64,000 nt of DNA from Bugula neritina (Eukaryota > Animalia > Bryozoa). Location of the stretch: the NCBI GenBank assembly GCA_964035545.1, contig OZ037765.1, forward strand, positions 4,288,698-4,352,697, given 5' to 3'. Shown here in pieces: positions 26,595 through 38,444 of the stretch (position 1 is the first letter of the stretch; each line of letters starts with the position of its first letter). Under the pieces are notes generated by a model. The model was not told the origin of the DNA, did no database searches, and worked only from the letters and a program-made list of their open reading frames with translations. Both the position numbers and the translations under genes were made by a program.

Positions 26595-26947
26595 TGTGGT
26601 AGATTTATGTTGTGTGTGTGTGTCCTTGGTTGCCGAGATCGGCACTTCAGTCCTCCAAAACACCGATATGCCGAAAATCGGCATATCGGACTACCGAAGT
26701 GCCGAGATGCCAATTCGGCATTTCGGGTCTCCGATCTCGGCAACAAAGGAATGTCTTTGTCCAGTGTGTATATAAAAGCCAGCGAGTTCCAGTATAGTTC
26801 AGTCTACTACTGGAGCTCGCTGGATGAAGACCTACCATATTTATCTGCTTCATAAAGTTATCATCACTTATACTCGATTTCACGACTTATTCTGCACAAC
26901 AAGTATGCAAGGCAACTAGCTACATTCAAACCCACAGTTTTATCACA
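26595..26947 (+). repeat. 3' LTR of Gypsy element 2
   Basis: Follows PPT; TGTGGTA/TATCACA termini (6/7 IR); TATA at 26769-26777. Right boundary could alternatively be 26924 or 26936. Confidence 0.65.
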
Positions 26948-27059
26948 ATATTAAAAGTAAAATAAAATAAAAGCAGCCCCAAAAAGAAAACTGGCTATTA
27001 TCGCAACCTATGTTAATTTTTAATAAAAGTGCATTCAATGTTGGAAAAAATTTCTTACA

Positions 27060-28998
27060 GGTTGAATGCCAAGATTCAAGGTCACGTTCACAGTAAACGG
27101 AAGAAAATGGATTCTAAAACATTTGCAGACATGTTTTACCCTCAATATGCAAAAAGAACTTCACTAAAGATAGCCTGGCCGAATTAAAATTAGATAAGGT
27201 TCAAAAAGAGGTACTGATAGGGGGGGGGGGCTGTTTGGGAAAATGCTTGAAAATAAGAGTTAGAAATAGAAGCATATCCAACATTGATAGTGAGTGGCTT
27301 GGTGTTGAATGCTGTGTATGTGAAGTTGGGTGATCTTTTTAGTGAACCGAAATTGTTGAGGGCCTGCAACTGGTGAGGACCACGTTGTTATGTATCGAAA
27401 ATCAATTGCTCCTGATGAGTTCTCGCTTCAACCGACAAGATCAACAGCCATAGGTTTTCTCAAATTGATGCACAGGAAAATGAAAATGTCTTCTGAGGGA
27501 GGAGAGCTGTTCGAATTGGCAGCTAAGCAAATAGTGCTCCTGCAGATAACTTGATTTCTGAATCGATTCTGGGATTAGCCTTTAATGCACACATTTCAGC
27601 TAAAACTGGATATGCCACAAATACAACATCTGATTGGATAGATAATTTGAATGTACATTCCTTATATGCCGCCATTGGCTTTTCTAGTGATTTATTGCAA
27701 AAATCAAAATTAGATGCAGCTGAAATGAAAAATCAAAATTGTGAAAGACTTGGGCTTAAGAACATGGGAACAACTAAAGGTGTTCCACCATAACATTAAT
27801 ATTCAAGTATTGATTTAAAATGCCAACGCAATTTTTGGCGGTAGACTCAACAAGGAATATCAAAGGTAAAATAAAACAAAAGCAAAACCAAGTGAAACAG
27901 AAAAAAAAGAAAAAATGCCAAAACAGGTAAGCTCATTTGTGAATCCAAATTATTGCGGGCTGAAACTTCTAATTGTTTTGACAAAATCACTTGTGAGGAC
28001 CTTTTTGTCATGTATCTACGATCAGCTCCTTCTGGCAAGTTTGGGCTACAGCACTTACTCAAACAGTCACAAGCTTTTGCAAAGTGATGCACAGGCAATT
28101 GAAAATGTATCTTGGTGAAAGAGTTGTTTAAATTGCCAGCTTAGTAAAGGTCCTGTATACTGTCACTGGCCTTTTTAGCAATTTACTGCTTCTATCAAAA
28201 TCAAGTGCAGCTGAAATAAAAGATTAAATCTGTGAAAGGCTCCAAGTTAGGGCTCAATAACATGCTAACAAAAAGGCGTTTCATAACCCAATATTAAGGC
28301 ATTGATTCAAGATGCTAACACATGGTCTGTAAAAATTGCTTGCGCAAATTAAAAATAGATGTAGCTAATGATAATTGAAACACTGTTCTAATCTCTATGC
28401 ACTCTGCTTGACACAGAGCTTGTGTGGATCTCACCCGATCTGGAATGATAATAGTAGAAATATCAACATTCATTACAGGGTAGTCAACATCTTGAAAGTC
28501 AGTTATCAGTATCATGTTCACAAGTTTTAAGGACTACGTTTTGCAAATGGGGAGACTAATAAATATAATTTAATTTAGTATTTTACACAATAAGTGAATA
28601 ACTAATACTCTAAGAGTTACTAGTTAGCTGTTATTGTTACAGTATGACTATGACTAATTTCAAGGATTTTAGTTCTACTGACCACTAAAAGTAAAAGTAA
28701 AACTACTTACTACTTTACAATTACTGGTTTACAGTTTGCTAACACTTACACAGTTACAGTGAGTCACTTAGTGTTACTGTAAGTAGACTATCACTCTAAG
28801 TCTATCAGGATCAGATTATCATAATCAATATGAATATGGCAACCATAATCACAATCATAATCATAATGTTGGTACTTTAAGTTTAACTTCAACAACTATG
28901 ACAGCTTCAAAATCGACGAGCAGCAACTTAATTAAGAAAGAAAGGGTTTTAAATGGTCATGGCGCAAACCAGTGCATTCCACGGGTGGGCCCATAGTG
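27060..28998 (+). mobile_element. Degraded DNA-transposase-like remnant, superfamily unresolved
   Basis: Coding-like stretch SAPADNLISESILGL...NTTSDWIDNL; diverged internal duplication (~27700 vs ~28195); possible CACTATG-type terminus at 28987-28998 (- strand). Family assignment is from memory only. Confidence 0.3.
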
Positions 28999-30149
28999 AT
29001 AGTGATAGAGAATTTTACTAGTAAATGAAACTTGAGCAGCTGTCCCAACTACTGAACCCGAAAAGATAATATTGAGTTCATTCGTGCCAACATTTTTTGG
29101 CGGCAACCTTCTGCGCAGTAGTTGCTACGCGCATCTTTGCTCACAACGCGGTCAACTCCCACATAATATTATTGTAGTGGCCAGTGAAGCATAAACGCCA
29201 CGTGCTTACGAGCCAATCACTACTAGGCACGTGATTACCCCCCCTCCACTTCCCGGCGAAGCAGAATGCTTGCGGACAGTTTTTACTTAGATAGTTAGTC
29301 AGAGCGTGATGCTGAATACTATAGGATAGACGTATATTTTATGTGTGGATTTATTATTGTACCAGTTTTATTCGTGTAACTATTGTGATGAATAAATTCT
29401 CTTCTCTTCTGACTACTCGTCCTGTGTTGAGTAATGTAAATTGGATAAGTGCAATATAAACGAATCCCCATTATTACTATAATTCTGGAAATTATAACAA
29501 TATTATTGTCTGCGAACCCGAAAAGCACGGGTATAGAATTTCTTCAGTTTATTGTTTATAATTCCATCAGCAACTGAAAAACGGAACCGCTGAAATATTC
29601 TTTTTATTATTAGTAATTTACTAAACTGTATAATATTAGAATAATGTATTTTTGTCATTAAAATAACAAATGAAATATCTTGGCTGTACCAGTTTCCATC
29701 TTATGAAAAATATCACAAAATATATATGGCTATGCACCTAAACAGAAAGAATATTTGTCGTCAGTATAGAATTAGAATCTGTTATCATCATATTAAAATA
29801 AAAGGGTTATAACTTCATAACCATAACATGAAAATTATAGATACTCGTAACATCATTATGTCAGAACTTTATTTATAAAAATCCTTTCACTTTTACTTTA
29901 TTTCATCAAAACTTCAAACTTTTAAAAATATAGAAAAAAAATCTGTCAACCTTTCTCATTTGAAATAATTAAATATTTGCTCACTAATTTAATCACAATG
30001 TTTCAAAGCTTTTAGTCAAGTAAGGCCAATTAAAGCAGTGGTCTACAGAAATTGCTTCCAGTAAAATCTATTACTATGAATTCTATTTCAGGGGTATTCA
30101 ACTCTTGAAATGTAAACCTTCGATCTGTAACTTTAACCAAAACAGGATC

Positions 30150-33100
30150 TCAAATGTTAGGGCTGAAGTCAAATATTTTGATCTTGTTCTCTCTGCTGGC
30201 CATCACGATACGAAGCTTATCAAATGTCACGCAAGTGATCTGCTCTTGTGACCCTTTGAACGTCTGCAAACTCTTGTCGTCTGCTATGCTCCAGTATTTG
30301 ATGAGGCCATCTTTGCCGGAGGATATCATCACACCTTGACCTTGGTCGGGGTCAGATATGTCCAACTTTATCGACTCGATTCTCTTGTGGTGCTCTTCGT
30401 AGGTTTTGAGTAATTTAGCAGACGACATATCAGAACCTGTGAGAGAAACAGATGTCAAAGGTAGTACCATGAGCACGATTTTATTAAAAACAAATACAAG
30501 ACCAAAAATTTTATAGTTCATATTATAGTATAATTGGTTTTGTTGAGAGAACATTCAAAGCAACATATGGCGCTCTAAATGATTGGAGAACGGGATTAGA
30601 AACAATGCAGGAGATGACAAGAGAAACAAGCTAAATATTCCTGGCTAAATCCAACTGTTCTATATTAAAGCATAGCTGTTGTTGTGCTAAGAAAATAAGT
30701 TGATATAGTAACAAAGTGGAAAACTTAGGCATACCTTTTTAATCATACTTATTCAAAGTTTGTTTATGTGCAAGATGTCCACATAGCCAAAACTTTATAA
30801 TGAACCAACCTATCTTGTACAGTGCTAGGAACTCCCCATAGGAGCAAGCTAGATATCCCTGGTTGAATCCAACTGTCATCACAGCCATTGTCTGGTTCAC
30901 GTAAATCACCTACAAATCAAAGTGTAAACGATTGTATTACCACCTGTTATCTCTTCAATTTCCAAGTAGTTTACTATATTATTTTCACAATTCAGCCTGG
31001 GAGACCTTATAATATAGTATAAATATACCTTGGTGCAGCTACCATCTTCTATGCTCCAAATCCTCACTGTGTGATCTGCAGAAGCGCTGAATGCAAACTC
31101 TCCCGTTTTATCCATGTCCACACAGAATACCTAAAATACACCATAGACTCGGATTCTAAAGGCTAGCAGAGGTTCAAATTTGTTCATTATAAGCGATAAT
31201 AATTACTGTATATTATAAATGTAATATTATTACACTAACTAATGTGTAGCCTATATTCAAAAGCCTAAAGTCTAATAGTTGCTTTGTATTGTTAAAGTCT
31301 TAAAACATATTCCATATTTTACTTATTCCTATATGCTTTATTTACTCATCACTGGATATGGAGTTATCTCATTTTTAAAAAAGTATTCCATAAATATAGG
31401 AAAAAACAATTTCCAAATGAGTATTAGTATTAATATTTATTTCGACTACTTTTACAAATATTAGAGATAATAGCAGACGCAATAGCAATGTTTAGCCTAA
31501 TTGCTTTCATACTCTTCATTGTACTACAAAAAGTAACACTCTTCATGTTTTTACACTGCGTGTAATACAGTATAAAATTAATTGTACAAACCGCGGCCTG
31601 GTGCCCAGTTAAATTCTTGTCTAGAACGCATCTCCTGATGTCCCATATTTTCACTGTACGATCTTGAGAACCTGTGACTAAAGTGTTGTCTGCCCTTGTC
31701 ATTGACCAAACCGCACCATCGTGGCCAAGCAGAGTTTTCATACATTTACCAGTCTGGAGGTTCCATATCTGTTAACAATACGAGAGGCTTTTACACACAA
31801 TGTAGTCTGTCAGACACGATGGTTGCAAAGGCAAATCCAATCCTCCTCTGATGTTTCAAATTACAATATTATCTTATACTGAGAAAGGGCAACTCCTAAC
31901 TACAATATTGCTAACAATTACTATTTGCGTTATTAAAAAACTTGAAATCATTTTTGAAGTGTTGAATAAATACGAGCGTCTATTTAAAAAAAATTTGCAA
32001 TCTACTTTTAAGTTAGCCTAAAATCTATATTTTGATAAAAAAAGAATATGAAAGTGTATTTTGAAATTAGTTTATATAATAATAGTAAGTATAATGAGGA
32101 TTTACTTACCCGTATAGTAGTGTCATAACTCCCACTAATCAGCAGGGTGCTTGTATAGAAATTCAGAGACCAAATTCCTTTAGAATGTCCTTTCAGAGTC
32201 ATGGTACACTGGGCTGATCTTAGGTCCCAGATCTTTATTGATTTATCCATACTTCCTGAAATGGAGAAAAAGTTTAACCATGACATACACAAAGTATTAT
32301 TTTTTTAAGAAAACAATTTCAAATTGTGACACCAGTTCTATAATATTTTGAAATCAAAAAATTTTATTTATAAACATTTTCACTTATAAATTTAAAACTG
32401 AGAAGGTAGTGGTGGGAAATACAGGGTAATTTTTACATTAACAACTAATATTGTTAATCTGAATTCAATAGTTCCACAAAATCAATGCAAAATTACCCTA
32501 GTTTACTGATCATCTTTTCTAAAACATATCTGAATCAATTTTTGAACAGCAAAATTTCTAAAGATTTCTAATAAGGTCTTAAATCAGAAAAGAGAAATTA
32601 GATTGCAGTTGCTGACAAAAAACAACAAAAAAGTGGAAGTGAAGGAGAAATAAAATTACAGTTGTTGACAAAAATGGCTACCTGAAGCAAGCCGTGGGTT
32701 TGTTCGTTTATGTTCTAAACACACACAGAGAACATTCTGAGAGTGACCTCTAAGCTCAAGGTCACGGTACCTTCCAGTCTCCCAGTTTTCTAATGTATTG
32801 AGGTAGTTCTTTAGTAACTTCTTGTAGTTAACCTGAAGTAGCAGGTCCACTGAGTTCAGATGTGGAAGACACAGTTAGATTATCAGCTTAAATTACTAAA
32901 TTATAAATTTTCAATCTTATAAATTAACATCATGTGCTTGTCTATCACCTTAAATGCAGTGTAGAAGTTGCTAAAGTAAACGTTTAGATTGTGTTGGAGT
33001 AATATATGATCTTCATTGAGCAAATATTAATTTAGTACAAGCATAATAAAATTGTTTGTTAGAAATAAGCAATAACAAAAATTTTAAGGTTCAGTATTCA

Positions 33101-36100
33101 TTGTGTTTCCAATGTTTTAGTAGCTTCTCTTTACCGAAAGAAAAGGCCCAAATTTCTACTGTTTATATTTTATCTAAAGTTTGCTCTATGCAAAAAAGGC
33201 AGCTTCACATTAAAAAATCAACCAACTTTCAGAGAAAATGAAACAGCTACTGTCACCGCATCAATATAAACAAACATGCCTAAACTTTGTTTACTTGCTT
33301 TTCTGTATTCATTTTCACTTCAATCACTTCATGTCTCAGTTTTAAAAAAATAGTTTTAATATGATTGAATGACTTTTTAAGTACTGCTAACAGTTTTCGT
33401 ATTTACCTCAATTTGCCATATTAATTCTATATTGTACTGGTTGGGCTTTATTTAAATTGAACAGTTCCCATTTGTTGAATGATATCGCCAAGTCACATAA
33501 CGTGAACAATGGAAACATACTGAGTGTAAAGTGACAGCCATTGGTGAAGAAAATAACATGTGGCAGATGATGGCTTTCAATTATGAATACACAATCATTT
33601 TGTTTTTTAAAAAATGTTGTACATAGTGTTAAGTAAAAATTGTGGGAGTTCCATGTGTCAGTTTGAAGTTGCTATATGTTTCACAAACGCAAACATCTGG
33701 ATTTTAACTCCTCTGAATTTATTCATTTGTTTGCATGTTTTTAAAAAAATCCATCAATTTCTTAATACAATTGAATGAAATGTAATGAAAGTGTTATGCT
33801 ATTTTGACACATCTCTAAATCAAGCAGGGTCTAGAATGTAAAAGGTATGTTATCTAGTCTAAAAAAGCTGCAAAGAAAGTTCAATTTGAAGGTTACAAAT
33901 CACGGCTAATAACATTGAAGAAATGGCTGACTCGACTAGAATACTTACCAAATAATATACAATACCGTCTGGAATCAGAGCAGATTGATTAGTGATTGTA
34001 TTTTTGAGTGAAGAAAATTGTGAAAGTCAAAACTGTAGCTACTAATCATATTATTGTTATGAAAAGACAACTCCCACATACCTTGGAAATAGCACTGGCA
34101 GTGGGATGGTAGTCAGATACATTCATGTTCAGCTCTTTGCACTTGCTTTTCCACAACTCATTCCTCTCGCATGTTTTCCTCCATGAGCGGCACACCTACA
34201 CATCCCATAAGAGCATACATGATGCAAAACAAATAGACCAATTTAAATTGCATGTATAGAAGTTAGGCTATATAATATAATAAGCTACTGCGGACACTTT
34301 GGTCACTGCTTTACTACATATAACTGTACTGTGGTCTCAAAATACTATAATAATGATTATATATAACACAGAAAGCTCTAAAAACAAGCAGTCAAAGTCC
34401 AACTCTAAACTTTAGAAATTTATGCAGTGGATGGTCATATAATTAATGTAGGTATTAAAAAAATCATTTTGCAGCTACTAGCTACTACATCATTTTCTAA
34501 ACTAAATAAAATATCTATTCAATGATTTTCAAGTAAGAGATATTGAGAAAACTGATAAAAATAAATGTATTTAATAAAATATCTGTATAGCAGTAGAAAC
34601 TATAATAGTACAATCTTATAGAACAGCAATAATATGTATGATAATTTTAATATAACATTCTAACTTGAGCCACAAATTCAATTTAAAAGAAACGTCTAAG
34701 ACCAACCATACTGATGGCCCTAGACAATGAATTTTTGAAACTACGCAATTTAGAATTTTGAACAGCCTTTAGAGAAAATGCATCTTTAATGTAGAGTATA
34801 ACTTACTCTGCTGGCTTTGACCAGTTGGTTAGGAGTGAGGTAGGAGAGAATCTTGAGAGAGATGTGCAGGGGTAGCAGAGTTATAAAGTCTTTGTACTGT
34901 TTCACTGACAGCAAGTTAGATATAAAGAAGTGCTGCCTCTCATCTAATTTCAGCAGCAGCTTTTTGAGAAACTCATTTCTCTGAGTATCTGACCAGTCAT
35001 TGTTATACCAGTCCACCACCTGCAAGTGATTGACTGAGATTCAACAAAATATTCAAACTGATAGCCTGCCTGTGATTAACTTCTAATTACGTTATTTTTA
35101 TTTATCAGTTACTTAAAAGAAGCAAAGTATAAAAATGAATTTGCTTATTATTCAGTGAAATACAACAGCAAAGTTAAACAAAAGAGATTCCTGACATCAA
35201 CTATTCCTATCTAATCCTACCTAGTACTGCATTAGTCTCACCTAGTATTCCATTAGTCTCACTTAGTATTACATTAGTTTCACCTAGTATTCCATTAGTC
35301 TCACTTAGTATTACATTAGTTTCACCTAGTATTACATAAGTCTCACCTGGTATTCCATTAGTCTCACTTAGTATTACATTAGTCTCACCTAGTACTACAT
35401 TAGTTTCACCTAGTATTACATAAGTCTCACCTAGTATTCCATAAGTCTCACCTAGTAATCCATTAGTCTCACTTAGTACTACATTAGTTTCACCTAGTAT
35501 TACATAAGTCTCACCTAGTATTCCATTGGTCTCACTTAGTATTACATTATTCTCACCTAGTATTACATAAGTCTCACCTAGTATTACATAAGTCTCACCT
35601 AGTATTCCATTAGTCTCACTTAGTACTACATTAGTTTCACCTAGTATTACATAAGTCTCACCTAGTATTCCATTAGTCTCACTTAGTATTACATTAGTCT
35701 CACCTACTATTACATTAGTCTCACCTAGTATTCCATTAGTCTCACCTAGTATTACATAAGTTTCACCTAGTATTACATAAGTCTCACCTAGTATTCCATT
35801 AGTCTCACTTAGTATTACATTAGTCTCACCTATTATTACATTAGTCTCACCTAGTATTACATTAGTTTCACCTAGTATTCCATTAGTCTCACCTATTATT
35901 CCATTAGTCTCACCTACTATTACATTAGTCTCACCTAGTATTCCATTAGTTTCACCTAGTATTACATAAGTCTCACCTAGTATTCCATTAGTCTCAACTC
36001 TCACCTAGTATTACATTAGTCCCGCCTAGTACTATTGAGCCTCGCCTAGTATTACATTAATCTTACTTAGTACTACATTATAGTTCCACCTGGTACTACT

Positions 36101-37074
36101 TTAGTCTCACCTAAAGCTACATTATAGTTTCACCTAATATGATGCTAGTTTCACCTAAACATACATTACAGTTTCACCTAATACTACTTTAGTCTCACCT
36201 AAAATGATGCTAGGTTAGCCTAATACTATGCTAGTTTCACCTAACAAGAAACTGAAATTTAAATTAAATCTTCCGAGAAACCCGACAATTAGAACCAGGC
36301 TGAACTAACCTGTATAGCATTAGGTGGTAGCAGTTGTAGCCCTTTAAATATAGACAACGGCATTTCTGTATCAGCTTCAGCTAACTTTTCTTGTTGAATG
36401 TGCCGTCTAATGGGCTGGTCTGTAATCCTGAGTGAGTAAAAAATTAAACGTACACAATAAAAAATGAATAAACAGAGCGAAAAGGCATTGATCAGTTAAC
36501 TTAGGCACCATAGTTGTTACCTTAAAGAAGATGGAATATCTTCTGGTTCAGCTGTTGAGTCAAACAAAATGCTCGTTTTACTTTTTGTGCTGTCTATGTG
36601 AGGTAAATGTGTCTTTGCTGAAAAATGTGCTCTTCGTTTTCGTTTAATTTGGGAGTTGAATGATAAGTGCCGAATTCTGCTCAATTCGGGGAGTGCATTT
36701 TTCTGTAGGACTTCTTCGGGAAACTCACAGTAGGCACTTTTCACTCTATGAAAATTGTTTCTTCTATTTCTTCCCGCATTTTCTTTCAATTTTCTGCTAA
36801 TGTGAGTGCTTAATGGCTGAAAGTTTGCTTTAGGGTGAACTATTTGAGCTGAATACATGAAATCTCTGTGCAAAGATGGTTGGAGAACAGTCCACAGAAA
36901 TCTATATTGATCGTAACTCATGTGGAGCAAAAGTTTTTCTATGAGCTCACATCTTTGTACGTGATTCCATGTCTCCATCCAAAGATGCAGCTTGTCTAGT
37001 TGCTTGTCAAAAGGCACTGCACCCACCTCTTCTTTGTGCATCCCCCAACGAACATGTTGAGCTAATTCAGTCAT
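30150..37074 (-). CDS. F-box/WD40-repeat protein (FBXW7-like architecture), ~653 aa, 10 exons
   Basis: Exons 37074-36521, 36427-36310, 35019-34807, 34195-34082, 32832-32682, 32255-32110, 31768-31592, 31130-31029, 30909-30810, 30436-30150; phases consistent. F-box KDFITLLPLHISLKILSYL...VCRSWR; WD repeats GH...SGSMDKSIKIWD, TGSQDRTVKIWD. Confidence 0.92.
35218..36245 (-). repeat. 21-bp minisatellite (sense unit GTGAGACTAATG[T/G]AATACTAG) in intron 2 of the F-box/WD40 gene
   Basis: About 38 well-conserved units (35218-36020) plus degenerate units to ~36245; source of the spurious 265-aa ORF 35207-36004. Confidence 0.92.
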
Positions 37075-37215
37075 TTATTTGTAAAATTAACTTTCCTTAA
37101 GTTATCACTGTGTACGAGCACTTGACAATATTAGTCTCGTTTAGATTTTTACTCGGGAAGCAGGTGCTCTCGGTGTCTCCAACCTCAGTCCTACACAGCG
37201 GCCATGTTTTAGGTC

Positions 37216-37228
37216 GTTACTATGCAAC
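37216..37228. promoter_or_regulatory. RFX X-box in putative bidirectional promoter
   Basis: GTTACTATGCAAC matches the X-box pattern. It lies ~140 bp upstream of the F-box/WD40 ATG and upstream of a likely FBXO16 UTR donor (CAG|GTAAAA ~37345). Confidence 0.55.
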
Positions 37229-38444
37229 CTTTGCACGTCAATGTATGTGTTATGTTACAAATATGACCGATTTATGAGACATCATTTATTTAGTATTGTT
37301 TGACTCGTTAAAACCGCATTCTTAGTTCTTCGCGTATATGACAGGTAAAATCATTAACTTAATGAGCTTGGTTGATGTCTTACAGTAATGCCAATTATTG
37401 GACTAGCAAGTTATACATCGGTACGATTCTATAATATTCAGTGTGAGTATGAGAATAGAATTACTGTATTGCATTTTTCAATATCAGCATCATTCTGATA
37501 GAGTTAATTTGTTTAACTATTAACGAATATTATAAAATGACATGTATTTTTTATAGTCATACTTGCAGGACTGCATCTTTTATTGTAACATTGTTCAATT
37601 ATTTGGTATAATTGACGTACTGACACAGTTTGAGTTAAGCGTTCAGTTCGAGTTACTGCTAGTGTTAACAACTCTTGACTTAAGTAGTTATTACGAGTTT
37701 TAAAGGATGATAATGGTAGTTATTATTTGTGAAAATGAGAATTGAAATGTTGTATTCATACGTATTCGTTTTAACTCTATCTTTATCATTTAATAACTAT
37801 AACTTCAATGCTGATTTATACAATTTTTTCTATAAATTCTACCAGTGTTCCTTTGAACAAATAACACTATTGACTAAGCTTAGTACTTGGTATCATTAAT
37901 TAATTATTCTTTTATTAGTAGTATAAATGATTGATGATACTGTGATTCTAATTATAATTATCACGTACACAGTTGCTGATACTCAGCCAATTTCTGCTGA
38001 TAAACTCACAAACACACCATAAATGATTAAAGTGACTAAGTTTACGTAGAAGCTCAACTAGTAAGTGTTAGCCTTGGTGCTAGTAATAACCACAATAATA
38101 TTTATAAAATTGAATGATAATAATAAAAATATTCTATATATTAAAGTTTGATTTAAAATAGATAATCAAAATTGCCATAAGCAAAGTAATAAATAAAATT
38201 AATAATCACTATTTGTTATACATACTGTTACTATTATAAGCATATAAATATTAGCAATAATCACCTCACCACAGGTTTACTTTATACCAAAATAATCAAT
38301 AGTTTAGGAAAAATTATGTGTTTACCTAACTTTATAGCAGAATTAACATTTTTCAATCATCTCACAGAGGCGGTAAAACTCCTTTAGTATTGTTTCAGCA
38401 ATTTAGTATTTCTACTCAACCTTGTAGTTACACTGGTTTCAAGT

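Larger units (their letters stand above)
24011..26947 (+). mobile_element. Ty3/Gypsy LTR retrotransposon 2, 5'-truncated (integrase C-half, ORF3, PPT, 3' LTR)
   Basis: LPQIMRAYRSTPHSATQETPNFLMLGRE and KLRPKFVGPY integrase motifs; ORF3; GATGGGGGG polypurine tract before TGTGGTA...TATCACA LTR. Confidence 0.85.

Noticed and set aside
26192-26855. Hydrophobic ORFs suggesting an env/TM protein
   Set aside because: Arise from a low-complexity TG-rich 3' UTR in all three frames and run into the LTR.
15637-26947. One single LTR element from LTR1 to LTR2
   Set aside because: LTR sequences differ, flanks give no TSD (AATAG vs ATATT), and IN tail/ORF3 occur twice in diverged form.
29039-29545. Helitron-like non-autonomous element
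   Set aside because: Only a degenerate ACCCG..CACGGGT hairpin and a 12-bp direct repeat, no CTRR end; cannot be distinguished from a promoter-like segment.
35207-36004. 265-aa ORF of (LGETNVI)n
   Set aside because: By-product of a stop-free 21-bp repeat inside an intron; not in a frame reachable from the host exons via the array's own AGs.
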